Source: Malacoraja senta (lineage: Eukaryota). Taken from it: a stretch of DNA of 64,000 bases. Below the pieces are notes generated by a model. It did no database searches and was not told the origin of the DNA. It saw nothing but the letters and a program-made list of their open reading frames with translations. Positions 36,231 through 48,161 of the stretch are shown here, piece by piece; the first letter of the stretch is position 1; each line of letters starts with the position of its first letter. The stretch covers positions 124,001 to 188,000 of the forward strand of contig JAXLNO010000462.1 of NCBI GenBank assembly GCA_038087875.1, given 5' to 3'. The position numbers were made by a program, and so were the translations under genes.

Positions 36231-36409
36231 CATCCCAAATCTTCCCTGGTTTCAGGGCTTTTACTAAGTTTGGCATCTGAGCAATGGGTGCATTACGGGG
36301 AAAGGAAAAGGGTCACAGGGCAACAAAGAACCATTTTGCAGTAAAGAGCACAATATCTAATTTGTAGACAGCGCTCCCAATGTGCAGTGAATTCACATAA
36401 CTGGTCGCT

Positions 36410-36605
36410 CCAATTTGTGGTCAACACTCCCACCGTGTGGTGATCCGCTGCACTGCAGGCACATCCAATTTGTGGTCAACACTCCCACCGTATGGTGATC
36501 AGCTGCACTGCAGGCCCATCCAATTTGTGGTCAACACTCCCACCGTGTGGTGATCAGCTGCACTGCAGGCCCGTCCAATTTGTGGCCAACACTCCCACCG
36601 TGTGG
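36410..36605. repeat. 55-bp minisatellite, 3.5 copies
   Basis: CAATTTGTGG starts at 36411, 36466, 36521 and 36576. Confidence 0.95.
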
Positions 36606-37012
36606 TTTAAAAAAGAACTGCAGATACTGGAAAAATCAAAGGTGGACAAAAATGCTGGAGTAACTCAGCAGGTGAGGCAGCATATATGGAGAGAAGGAAT
36701 AGGCCACGTTTCAAGTCGAGACCCTTCTTCAGACTGAAGTTGGGGTGGGGGGGGCGGGAAAAAGAAAGGAAGAGGCAGAGACAGTAGGCTGTGGGAGAGC
36801 TGGGAAGGGGAAGGAGGGAGAAACCACTGAAATTGGAGAATGGGAAGATGTGGCCAGTGTTGGGATCCTGTTGGAGGTGGCAAAAATGTTGGAGGATTAT
36901 CTGTTGTATGTGACGGCTGGTAGGGTGGAAGGTGAGGACATGGGGGACTCTGTCCTTGTTACGAGTAGGGGGATGGTGAGTTAGGGCAGAGCTGTGGGAT
37001 ATAGAAGAGACC
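36604..37012 (-). mobile_element. Penelope-like element fragment: RT thumb/linker piece joined to the 3' terminal repeat with a hammerhead motif
   Basis: RNKDRVPHVLTFHPTSRHIQQIILQHFCHLQQDPNTGHIFP, followed by CTGAAGAAGGGTCTCGACTTGAAACGTG (36705-36732, minus). Confidence 0.8.
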
Positions 37013-37259
37013 ATGATAAGAGCTGGAGAAACTCAGCGGGTCAGGCACCATCTCTGGAAGAAAAGGATGGGTGATATTTTGGGTAAGAACCCTTCTTTTA
37101 TTCCATTCCAAAATCACTTGTGTCTCAAGAGATGCTGCCTGACCCACTCAGTCACTCCAGCAATGTGTCTAAACCAGCATCTACAGGTCTTTGTTTCTAC
37201 ATTTTACATCAGCTAGATTCAATTTCAGTTGTGATAAGGTTAGGGTATCATCACTTTAG

Positions 37260-37458
37260 TAAACATAGAAACTAGGTGCAGGAGTAGGTCATTCGGCCCT
37301 CTGAGCCAGCACCGACATTCATTGTGATCATGGCTGATTGTCCCCAATCAATAACCCGTACCTGCCTTCTCCCCATATCCCTTGATTCCACTAACCCTTA
37401 GAGCTCTATCTAACTCTCTCTTAAATCCATCCAGTGACTTGGCCTCCACTGCCCCCTG
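37260..37458 (-). mobile_element. CR1 3' fragment
   Basis: TAGAAACATAGAAA tail and TAGGTGCAGGAGTAGG...TTCGGCCC, homologous to 24840-25040. Confidence 0.85.
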
Positions 37459-37920
37459 TAAAAATAATTAAAAACCCTGCACACTTCAAATGACAACAAT
37501 TGAAAGGAAAAGTCAGCAGAATTAATCAAAGAAGCAAACACAATTCAGGAGAGAGCTGTAGTGTTACAACCGACCTCATGCCCTGGAGATGTAGATCCAC
37601 ATCAGACACAAGGGGAGACTACCTTGAGCTCTGCTTTCATCCACAGCCCAGGACCACTGCTCCCATCCACAGCCCAGGACAACTGCACCCAGACACTCCC
37701 ACAACTCCCCATTTTTTGCACAGCAGCTGACAATTTCATAACTAGCTTCAATCAAGCCAATTACCACATTAACCCTTCACCCACCAGTGGCCAATCAATG
37801 TTTGATGCACACATCATGATATCCACCTGGGGCAGTAGTTGTCTGCAGGACAATAATTGCCCTCCGACTTGTTGCTCTTTGCATAAAGTGGCTGCTTGCA
37901 TTTCCTTAAGTCAGAGACGA

Positions 37921-38412
37921 CCATAACACACAGAATCAGAATTAGACCATTCGGCCCATCGCGTCTACCCCACCATTCAATCATGGCTGATCTATGTCTC
38001 CCTCCTAACCCCATTTTCCTGCCTTCTCCCCATAACCCCTGACAGCGCACTAATCAACAATCTATCTATCTATGTCTTAAATATATCCACTGACTTGTGG
38101 CCTCCACCGCCATCTGTGGCAATGAATTCCACAGATTCACCACCCTCTGACTAAAGAAATTCCTCCTCGTCTCCTTCCTAAAGGAACGTCCTTTAATTCT
38201 GAGGCTGTGCCCTCTGGCCCTAGACTCTCCCACTAGTGGAAACATACTCTCCAGATCCACTCTATCCGAGCATTTCACTGTTTGGTGAAGTTTCAATGAG
38301 CCCCCCTCCCCCCCCCCCACCCAATCTTCTAAACTCCAGCAAGTACAGGCCCAATCCCGAGAAACGCTCATCGTACGTTAACCCACTCATTCATGGGATC
38401 GTTCTTGTAAAC
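37921..38412 (-). mobile_element. CR1 3' fragment
   Basis: MFPLVGESRARGHSLRIKGRSFRKETRRNFFSQRVVNLWNSLPQ plus a CR1 3' UTR. Confidence 0.88.
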
Positions 38413-38857
38413 GCTAACTCTTTTGTCTTGCTGATGTTGAGGGATGGATTGTTATCCTGACAATAGGTGCAGGAGTAGGCCATTCGGCCCTTCAGGACAG
38501 AAGGTTCTCAATGTCTTTCCCATATTCTATCTCATCTTTGCTGTTCATGTGGCTGAAATAGTGTTTTGACCAGTGGACGGACGTCTGGATCCCATTGGCC
38601 TGAGACCGGGCCACAAGTTGTGGGTGGCAAGGTCATGACCCCGAGGGACATTTGTGTCAAGGGTCACGGTGGAGGGAATGTTGTGACCAATTCTAACGTC
38701 TGAGAAGTGAATAATGATGATTTGTTAATTCATCATGGCTGAAGCAGGTGGGCTCACTTCTGACTAGACTTTACTGTGGACATTTAAACAGGAAAAGTAA
38801 ACTTTCTTTATTAACATTGAATGACTCAGAGAAAGGAGAATGTTAGTCTTGGAAGTT

Positions 38858-39170
38858 CATAGAGTCACAGCATGGAAACAGGCCCTTCCTTCAGCCCAAC
38901 TATCCCACCCCGACCAACATGCCCCATCTACACTAGTCTTCCCCGACCAACATGCCCCAGCTACACTAGTCCCACCCCGACCAACATGCCCCATCTACAC
39001 TAGTCCCACCCCGACCAACATCCCCCATCTACACTAGTCCCACCTGCCTGCGTTTGGCCCATATCCCTCCAAACCTGTCCTAACCAAGTGTCTCTTAAAC
39101 GTTGTGATAGTCCCAGCCTCAACTACCTCCATACACCCACCACCCTGTGTGGAAAAGTTGCCCCTCAGAT
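38858..39170 (-). mobile_element. CR1 3' fragment containing a 33-34-bp tandem expansion (38904-39042, 4 copies)
   Basis: GCATGGAAACAGGCCCTT end; CCCGACCAACATGCCCCATCTACACTAGT repeated. Confidence 0.8.
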
Positions 39171-39247
39171 TGACATTATTAATGTGAACCATTTGTGCAC
39201 AACTCTGCTGGTGTGAGTAATAAATGAAATGATAGATAGCAAAAATA

Positions 39248-39331
39248 CACAGTGGTGCAGCGGTAGAGTTGCTGCCTCACAGCGCTAGAGACCCGGGTTC
39301 CATCCAGAATACGGGTGCTGTCTGTACGGAG
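39248..39331 (+). mobile_element. HE1-like SINE, 5' half (split by L1)
   Basis: A box GTGGTGCAGCGG and B box-like GGGTTCCATCC; colinear with the intact SINE at 50828-51135. Confidence 0.85.
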
Positions 39332-41926
39332 TTTTTTTTTTTATTTTTTTTTTTATTTTTATTTATTAGAAGTACATTACATTACACCCACATACATTAA
39401 TACTCGTCATTTATATCTTCTTACAATTAATGTACTCCCTTTATTTATTATAGAAAAAGAAAAGATTGAAAGAAAGAAGAAAGTGAAGGAAAAAGTGCAA
39501 GTGTAGAAAAGTGTAGAAAATGTAACAACAAAAAAGGATGAAGACCCTATAAGAGCAAAATTAAAAACAAAAAGAAAAAGAGTTAAGAAATAGGCCCTAA
39601 GAAAAGAAAAGAGAAAGAGAAAAAAAGAGAAACAAATGTTTTTTTTTTTAGCATCACGTAAATAGGACATACCAACTCTTCAACTATCATCCCCCCTTAC
39701 CTGACCTCAATTTTTTATTTTTTTTAAGTACTTTTGCACCCTATGTTTGTAATAATTCTATAAATGCAGACCACGTCAGGTGGAAGTGATCTGGTTTACC
39801 TGCTAGGAGGAGTCTTATCTCTTCTAGGTGTAATGTTTCAAACATATTTGAAATCCACATATTTATAGTTGGTATTGGAGCCTTCTTCCAAAATTTTAGA
39901 ATTAGCTTTTTTCCAGTTATTAATCCATAGTCCATTAATTTCTTTTGAAACACATTTAGTTCTGGATCATCTTCCGTTATTCCGAAGATAATCCATTCTG
40001 CTTTGGGTATCAGTCTTGTTTTAAATAACTTTGTAAAGATTTCAAAAATTTCATTCCAAAATTTTTGAATTTTTGTACAGAAGACAAATGAGTGCGCTAT
40101 AGTTGCTTCTTGGGATTGACATTTATCACAAATAGATGATACGTTTGGGAAAATTTTATGAATTTTAGTTTTCGAATAATATAATCTATGTAAAATTTTA
40201 AATTGTATTAAAGTGTGTCTTACATTAATCGAGCATTTATGCACGTTTAATAAGTATTCATTCCAACTTTCCTTTGAAATTTTAATAGCTAACTCTTGTT
40301 CCCAGTCTCTTCTGATACCCTCCGTAGGTGGTATTTGTACATTTAAAATAATATTATACAAATATGATATTAAGTTTGCTGATTCCGCTTTTATCTGCAT
40401 TGCCTCGTCCAATACATCTACTGGATTATTATAATGATCTTTTGTATATTTTTTCAAATAGTCGCATATTTGAAAGTATTTAAAATATTGATTATTTCCG
40501 AGTTTATATTTTATTTGTAATTGTTGAAATGAAAGTAATTTTCCAGTTTCATACAAGTCACCAAGCGTTTTAATTCCTAGTCTATCCCATTGTGTATAAG
40601 CTTTATCTATAATAGAAGGACTAAACGAAGGGTTATTGACTATAGGTAATAAAAGTGATGTTTCTTAATTTTAAATTTTGTTTTATTTGTTTCCAAATAC
40701 GGATTGTACTATGAATAATTGGGTTCTTATTATAGTTTATGTTATTCAGTTTCATTGGAGAGAGGAGGATCGCTCCAATGTTAGAGGAGCAATCCTCTTT
40801 CTCCATTACAATCCAGTCTACTTGCTGGGCGGAGTTATCCATCAGTTGAATCATGTTTTTAATATTTACTGACCAATAACAATACATAAAATTAGGTAGT
40901 GCTAGATCCCCCAATACTTTAGGTTTATTCAGATGGGTTTTTTGTATTCTATGTGATTTATAGTCCCATATGAAATTAGTGATATCTGAGTCGAGTTTTT
41001 TAAAAAACGTCTTAGGTAAGTATATAGGAATTGATTGAAATAGGTATAAAATTTGTGGTAAAAAGATCATTTTTATTGCGTTTATTCGGCCTATTAAAGA
41101 CATCGGGAGCGTTTTCCAGAATTTAATTAATGTATTCAGTTTATTAAGTAGGGGGTCAAAATTTGCCCTGAACATACCTTGATATGTTCTGGTAATTTCG
41201 ATTCCCAAATATTTAAATTTTTCTGTAGCTATTTTAAAAGGGAATTTTAAAAGATGTGTTGAATCTTTCGGTTTTAATGACATAATTTCACTTTTATTCC
41301 AATTTATTCTATATCCAGAAAAAGATCCGAAGTCTTCAATTAAATTTAATATATTTGGTATAGTGATTTGAGGTTTTGTAATATACAATAATATATCATC
41401 CGCGTATAAAGATATTTTATTATATGAGTCTTTAGTATTATATCCATGAATATCAGGGTGTATTCTATTTTTTTCTGCTAGCGGTTCAATAATGAGAGCA
41501 AACAGCTGTGGTGATAATGAGCATCCTTGTCTATTTCCCCTTGATAGTTGAAATTTCGAGGATAATATGTTATTAGTAAGTATTCTAGCTGTAGGTTTGT
41601 TATATAGTAACTTAATCCATAAAATAAAATTCTCTCCCAGTTGAAATTTTTGTAATACTTTATCCATATTATTCCATTCTACTTGATCAAATGCTTTTTC
41701 AGCATCCAGCGAAATAATTGATAATTCTTGATCTTCAGATTTGTGTGAGTGCATTATGTTGAGTAGACGTCTCATATTATTAGAAGAGTATCTCTTAGGG
41801 ATAAACCCTGTCTGATCTGGGTTTATTAATTTACTAATGTATTTACTTAATCTTCTAGCTAATGTTTTCGCTAATATTTTTTGATCTGTGTTTAACAATG
41901 CTATAGCTCTATATGAGCCAGGTTCT
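39332..41926 (-). mobile_element. L1-clade LINE, 5'-truncated (RT + CCHC), with poly(A) tail
   Basis: DQTGF, SLDAEKAFD, RQGCSLSP, LYADD and CDKC...H....C in ORFs 40633..41898 and 39741..40556; T-rich tail at 39332-39367. Confidence 0.95.
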
Positions 41927-42126
41927 CCGCGTGATTTGTGTGGGTTTTCTCCGGGTGCTCCGGTTTCTTCCGCATTCCAAAGACCTGCTGGTTTGTAGGT
42001 TAATTGGCTTCTGTAAAATTGTCCCTAATGTGTGTAGGATGGAGCTAGTGTACGGGGTGAACACTGGTCGGCGATGACTCGTTGGGCCGAAGGGCCTGTT
42101 TCCGTGCAGTATCTCTAAAATCTAAA
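41922..42126 (+). mobile_element. HE1-like SINE, 3' half
   Basis: GTTCTCC...GGGTTTTCTCCGGGTGCTCCGGTTTC...GGGCCGAAGGGCCTGTTTCC...ATCTCTAAA. Confidence 0.85.
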
Positions 42127-42188
42127 CAATACCCGGTGACTTGGCCTCCACCGCCTGTGTGTGGCAATGAATTCCACAGATTCACCAC

Positions 42189-42393
42189 TGTAGATGACAT
42201 GTGCATGTACCTTTAACATAGTGACCTCACCACTACTAACCACTCCCCACATCACTAGTATAATTACAACCTTCCCACCCAGTGCTCCTTCTCTCTGGTT
42301 CCGGTGACAGACCACGAACAGCTAGGGCAGTAAAGTATGTGTATCATGAATAAACGGCAGTAAAGACACAGTGTGTTATGACGCTTCTTTACA
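42189..42393 (+). repeat. 5' LTR (205 bp)
   Basis: TGTAGATG...CTTTACA; contains AATAAA. Confidence 0.97.
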
Positions 42394-42402
42394 TGGTGTC
42401 AG
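42394..42402 (+). promoter_or_regulatory. Primer-binding site
   Basis: TGGTGTCAG immediately follows the 5' LTR. Confidence 0.8.
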
Positions 42403-42465
42403 CCTCCTGTTTATCGTTTTTTCTTTACTTTGGACCCGTTTCCCCATTTTTTAATTTCACACGCC

Positions 42466-45400
42466 ATGGCTACTTCTTGCCGCAAACCCGACATGCTTGT
42501 CTTCGACTCGGACATTGCCCATCGGTGGGGTGTCTTTAGACGTGACTTTCAACACTACGCCACGATCGCCCATCCTGCTGCAACCCCTGCTACACGGGCT
42601 TCTCTGCTTCTCAACCTGGCTGGTCCTGATGCCCTGGAACGGGCTGAGTCGTTTGTCTATGGTGCAGGTGAAGATGCTCAGGACCCGGTATGTCTCATGG
42701 CTAAGTTTACCACTATGTGCGACATCCCCACTAACTGCATTCTAGAGCATTTTAAAATGTTCACCCGGCGTCAGATCTCTGGAGTCAATCGATAACTATA
42801 TCGCCGCGTTGCGTCACCTGGCCAGGCGTTGCAGCCTGGACACGCTGACCCCCGATCAACTGACCCGGGACATTTTAGTGTATGGTCTTCAAGATGAAAA
42901 ACTAAGGGCTGAACTTCTGCGGAAGCACGACCTGTCTTTAGCCGATGCTCTGCATGCCTCACGAATGGCTGAGGCTGTCGCCTCGGCGGTGTCGTCGGCT
43001 GACCATGACATTAACTTTACCAGTGTTGCTGGCCGCCGGCGGAACGCTGGCCCGCAATGGCAACGGGAGTCCCCATGCACCCGGGGGTACCAGCCCACAG
43101 CGGTGCCCCAACTGCAATTTTACCTCCCATCAGTCTAATGTGTGCCCTGCACTGGGAAAAACGTGTAACTTTTGCGGGAAATTAAACCATTTCTCTGCTG
43201 CTTGTCGCTCTCGTGGGAAGCCAGTTCCTGTTCCACGCCGAATGTTAAACAACCTTGCTCGAGCTGATAGCGCGTTTGGTTCACAGTTCCAGCCTGAGGA
43301 ACTCCCTTTGTCTGATACAAGTTCCTCCCAGGGGGAGACCAGCATATTTTCAGTGTTGGATGCACCTGCACTGATAACGGACCCTTCGGTTCGCGTTACT
43401 GTTAACGGCTCGACCTTCAATGCCAAACTCGACACGGGGACCGTGACCAATGTAATGTCAATAGGCCTCTTCAAGAAGATAAGGACTGATGAGAAAGTTA
43501 CTCCCGATCACTCCCTGTTGCATGCCTACGGGGGAAGCGTCCTCGTTCCGGTGGGGAGGGCTACCCTGGACTGCAAGGTACTGCGTGCCTCTCGGCCCCT
43601 CACTTTTTATCTACTGGATACTAACAACATCACCCTGTTGGGCGCCCGGGCGTGCCAGGACCTCGGTTTAGTCTCTTTCCACCGTGATATCCACCAGGTG
43701 CGGACCCTTATGGACCCCCTGCGCGAATACCCTGACCGTTTTGATGACAAGCTGGGCAAGCGGCCCTGCAGCTACAAGATCGTTGTCGACCCCGGTGTTG
43801 AACCTATGGTCCGTCCACCGCACCGCGTCTCCTTCGCCATGAAGGACAAGGTGGAATTAACGCTGCCCAACATGGTTACCATGGGCATCCTGAAGGAGGT
43901 GAGCGAATCCACCCGGTGGGTCTCCACCATGGTTGTTGCTGCGAAAAAGGACAAAAGTGAAATTCGCATTTGCATCAACCCCAAAGACCTGAACTTTGCC
44001 ATCAGACGCCCTCATTACCCCATGCGAACAGTGGAGGACGTCGCTGCACAGGTTGGCCCGGCCACTGTCTTCTCGGTTCTCGATGCCAAGAGCTCCTTCT
44101 GGCAGATACCGCTGGATGAGCGGTCCTCCTACCTGACTACCTTCAGCACGCCCTTCGGCAGTTTCCGATTCCTCCGCATGCTATTCGGGATCAACTCTGC
44201 CAGCGAGGTCTTCCAGCGGACGATGGAGCAGCTGTTCGCCGGTCTGCCGTGTGCTATCATCGTTGACGACATCCTGGTCTACGGTAAGGACGTTGCTGAG
44301 CACGATCTCCACCTCCGTCAAGTCCTGGACCGGGCCCGTGAAATCAACCTCAAACTAAATCCAAAAAAGTGCCGTTTCCACGTCCCGGAGGTCACCTATG
44401 TGGGCCACGTCTTTACCACATCGGGGCTGAAGCCTGACCCGCAGAAGACGGCTGCGGTCTCCGGGATGTCTTCGCCCACCGACGTGCCCAGCCTGCAGCG
44501 TTTCCTGGGCATGGTTAATTGCCTGGGGAAGTTCATCCCCGACCTCAGCGAGCTGAGCGCGCCCCTGAGGGAGTTGATCAAGAAGGACACTGCCTGGGCC
44601 TGGCTCCCGCATCACCACAAAGCTTTTGACATTCTGAAGTCCAGGCTGGCCAGTGCCCCGACTCTCCAATTCTTCGATCTTCAGCGTCCCATTGTTCTTA
44701 CCTGCGACGCCTCCAAGATCGGTCTTGGTGCTGCTTGCCTGCAGCTCCACGATGGCATGCAGCTGCCTGTTTCCTACGCTTCCCGCACCATGACCCCTGC
44801 CGAGCAGCGCTATGCTCAGATAGAGAAGGAGCTGCTTGCCGTGGTGTTTGCCTGCTCCAAGTTCAAGGATTATATTCTGGGAAAGTTTCACGATCGAGAC
44901 AGACCATAAGCCGCTGGTCTCTATCCTCAACAAGCCGATCCACGTTGCCTTGTCCCGTTTGCAGCGCATGATGTTGCAGCTCCAGCGTTTTACGTTCAAA
45001 ATTGTATATTGCAAGGGCAAGGACATGTTTGTGGCCGAGACGCTGTCCCGCGCACCGCTAACGTCCACCGATCGCCATCCATATGAATCGTCTGACCTGA
45101 TGGTGCTCAACGTCAACATTGTGCCTTCCCAGCAGATGCAGTCCCTGGTCAGCAACACTGCCAAGGATCCTGCCCTGCAGCAGCTTGCCGACATCATCAG
45201 GCAGGGCTGGCCAGACCGTCGTTCATCCTTGCCGCCTGGAGTCGTGCCCTACTTCCTGGTCCGTGACGAACTCGTGCTGCACGACGGCGTGGTCGTGAAG
45301 GGACACAAGGTCGCCGTGCCTGCTGCCCTGCGTGACCAATACTTTCAGACCGCCCATCGCGGTCATCCTGGGGCCGAGGCCACCCTGTCCCAGGCCCAGA

Positions 45401-46563
45401 GTTTGTTCTGCTGGCCCAGCATGGCCCAAGACATCCAGGAGAGGGTCTCCGCTTGCTCTGTCTGCAATAGCCTCGCTCCCCATCAGCAACGGCAGCCGCT
45501 TCTGCAACAGCCTGCCCCCGAGCTGCCCTGGATGACAGTCGCCGCTGACATTTTTGAGTGGCGTGGCAAGCACTTCCTGGTTCTTGTGGACTTGTACTCC
45601 AGCTGGTTCGAGGTTGACCGGCTGCACTCCCTCACCTCTTTGGCCATTATCGGGAAGCTGCGCCAACACTTCGGAACCTTTGGCACCCCGGCAAGTCTTC
45701 AATTGGACAACGGCAGCCAGTTCTCGGGTGCCGAATTTCGGCGTTTCGCTGCCAGCTGGAACTTCCGACACTATACCAGCAGCCCAGAGTACCCACAAAG
45801 CAATGGCTTGGCAGGGCGCGCTGTCCGCAGTGCTAAGGACTTGCTGGAACATTGTAGGCTGTCCCATTCTGACTTTTACCTGGCCCTCCTCAACCTTCGG
45901 AACATTTGCCGCGACACTGCATTGGGTTCCCCAGCACAACGGCTGATGTCTCGCACTACGAGACCTCCGATCCCGGTGACCCAGCGGTCCCTCGTTCCCT
46001 CTGTTCTCCAGCCCGCCGCTGTCCAGGAGCGCATTGCCCTCAAGCAAGAAATCCAAAAGCGCTCCCACAACCAGTCCTGCCATCCCCTCCCGCCTCTGTT
46101 CCCTGGCCAAGTCGTCCGGATGCAGTCCCCCTCAGGTCACCCCAGGCTTGCCATCGTCGTCGGTAATGCTGGTTCGCCGCGGTCCTATCTAGTCGACCAT
46201 GACAGTACTATTTACCGCCGGTCCCGCCAACAACTGCGGCTTGTTGAGCCCCCGCCGCCGCCTGCAGACCCCTTTCCCCCCCCACTGTCTGCCATGTTGC
46301 CTGCCCCTCCACACATGCCCCGCTCTCCACCAGCCAGTCCTCCCTCACCTGCCCATCTTCCCGCTACTGCTCCTGTTTCCCCTGCTCCGTCTGTTTTCTC
46401 TTTCTCCTCCCCGGTTCCCCGATTCTCTCACCCGCGCCTGCTCCTCCTCAAGCTCCTCCTACAGAGGGGGGAGATGGCGAGCTGCGTACCCGGTCCGGGC
46501 GGGTGGTCAGGCCGCCTATCCGTTATGGTAATTTTGCTTAACTGTTTGCTCACCTGCTCATAG
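42466..46563 (+). pseudogene. Gypsy gag-pol, frameshifted
   Basis: Tandem Zn knuckles CPNC...H....C and CNFCGKLNHFSAAC; protease LDTG; RT IVDD; RNase H CDAS; integrase HRGH...CSVC with D-D present and the catalytic E position read as G (GLAGRAV). At least three frameshifts. Confidence 0.93.
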
Positions 46564-46611
46564 CATATGAGACGTGGTCGCCTTGTCACTACTGTATTGC
46601 TTTTTATTTCC

Positions 46612-46622
46612 AAGGGGAAGGA
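46612..46622 (+). promoter_or_regulatory. Polypurine tract
   Basis: AAGGGGAAGGA directly precedes the 3' LTR. Confidence 0.9.
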
Positions 46623-46821
46623 TGTAGATGACATGTGCATGTACCTTTAACATAGTGACCTCACCACTACTAACCACTCCCCACATCACTAGTATAATTA
46701 CAACCTTCCCACCCAGTGCTCCTTCTGTTTCCGGTGACAGACCACGAACAGCTAGGGCAGTAAAGTATGTGTATCATGAATAAACGGTAGTAAAGACAGT
46801 GTGTTATGACGCTTCTTTACA
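46623..46821 (+). repeat. 3' LTR (199 bp)
   Basis: Differs from the 5' LTR by 2 substitutions and 2 short indels (4 + 2 nt). Confidence 0.97.
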
Positions 46822-47561
46822 ACCACCCTCCGGCTAAAGAAATTCCTCCTCATCTCCTTTCTAAAGGCATGGGTGGGAAAGGCAGAGAGGGTGAGGGGCC
46901 TCACGTGGGCATGTAGAACTATCTTCGATAGGCATGGCTGTGTGTTTCTGTGCTGTGGGACTGACGGGGCTCAACAGGGTAGTAGTTTGATGCTTCAGCC
47001 TGCAGCAACCCAGGAGAACTGTGTTCCAGATGCTTCATTAGTTTGTTGTTCTGCACATCGATCGGGAGGCGATGAAATCGCCCGTTCACACGCAGCCGCC
47101 AGAGCAAACAGTGTACATACAGTGATGACAAACGCAATAAATGCAATATCCAGTGCAGAACAGTGCAAGATTGTGTTGCAGAAAGCCCGGGGTAGCACGG
47201 ACGAGAGGGGCCGAAGGGCCTGTCTCCGGGCAGAGTGAACATCGACGCTGTCCTTGTGGAGTTTGCATGCTTCCCCCTCCGTGGTGGACCGGATGCTGGT
47301 CGGGGCAGGGGAGACGAGTTCAGCCTTCCTAGCCTCAATCTAAGCTCAGTCTTCTTCCCGCGCATCCTAGCCCCGACGGGCCGAGTACCACCGCCTTCCT
47401 CCCCGGACAACAACCGAGGGGAAAAACACAGACAAAACCTCTTCCAACCACCCGAATCCCTCAGGGAATGCCCCTGTCCTGTCTTTGAATTCAAGCCGTC
47501 ACAATTGTGCACGATCAGTCAGCATTATCCTTTTTTTTTTAATATATAGACGAAAGCTGAT

Positions 47562-47810
47562 CAAGTTCAAGTTGGAATTTATTGTCACATTCACCAATTA
47601 AGGTACAGTGATATTTGAGTTACCATACAGCCATACTGAGTAAAAAGCAACAAGACACACAGCCACATAAAATAAAATCTAACATAAACATGCACCACAG
47701 CGGAATCCACATTCCTCACTGTGATGGAAGGTAATAAAGTTCAATCATCTTCCCCTTTTGTTCACCCGTGGTGGGGGCTGTTGAACCCTCCACAGTCGCC
47801 GCTCACTGCC
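47562..47810 (-). mobile_element. Non-coding interspersed repeat with a Rex1-like 3' end, cut by the gap
   Basis: TTTATTGTCACA...AATTAAGGTACAGTGA end, also seen at ~34684-34722; body loosely resembles 48930-49060. Confidence 0.5.
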
Positions 47811-48010
47811 NNNNNNNNNNNNNNNNNNNNNNNNNNNNNNNNNNNNNNNNNNNNNNNNNNNNNNNNNNNNNNNNNNNNNNNNNNNNNNNNNNNNNNNNNN
47901 NNNNNNNNNNNNNNNNNNNNNNNNNNNNNNNNNNNNNNNNNNNNNNNNNNNNNNNNNNNNNNNNNNNNNNNNNNNNNNNNNNNNNNNNNNNNNNNNNNNN
48001 NNNNNNNNNN
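47811..48010. other. Assembly gap (200 N)
   Basis: Run of N. Confidence 1.
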
Positions 48011-48132
48011 CTCAGCGGGTCACGCAGCATCTGTGGAGAACATGGATAGGTGACATTTCAGAGTGCTGGAGTAACTCAGCGGGACAGGCAGCATCTCTGG
48101 AGACAAGGAATGGGTGACGTTTCGGGTCAACA

Positions 48133-48161
48133 CTGAAGAAGGGTCTCGACCCTGAAACGTT
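48133..48161 (+). ncRNA. Minimal type I hammerhead ribozyme motif in a Penelope-terminal repeat
   Basis: CTGAAGA - stem II AGGGTC/GACCCT - GAAA - CG - TT. Core intact, stem III reduced to palindromic ACGT, stem I unclear. Confidence 0.6.

Larger units (their letters stand above)
42189..46821 (+). mobile_element. Gypsy/Ty3 LTR retrotransposon (Mag-like), full length, inserted in a CR1 3' fragment
   Basis: TG...CA LTRs; ACCAC TSD at 42184-42188 and 46822-46826; PBS and PPT present; gag-PR-RT-RH-IN order. Confidence 0.97.

Noticed and set aside
44355..46110. 280-aa and 295-aa minus-strand ORFs
   Set aside because: Antisense shadows of the GC-rich Gypsy pol, with no recognisable motifs.
46860..47540. 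Possible promoter or exon (197-aa minus ORF, CpG-rich)
   Set aside because: No recognisable protein motif; contains SINE/CR1-tail fragments; not enough support.
47721..48053. ORFs spanning the N run
   Set aside because: Artefacts of the assembly gap.
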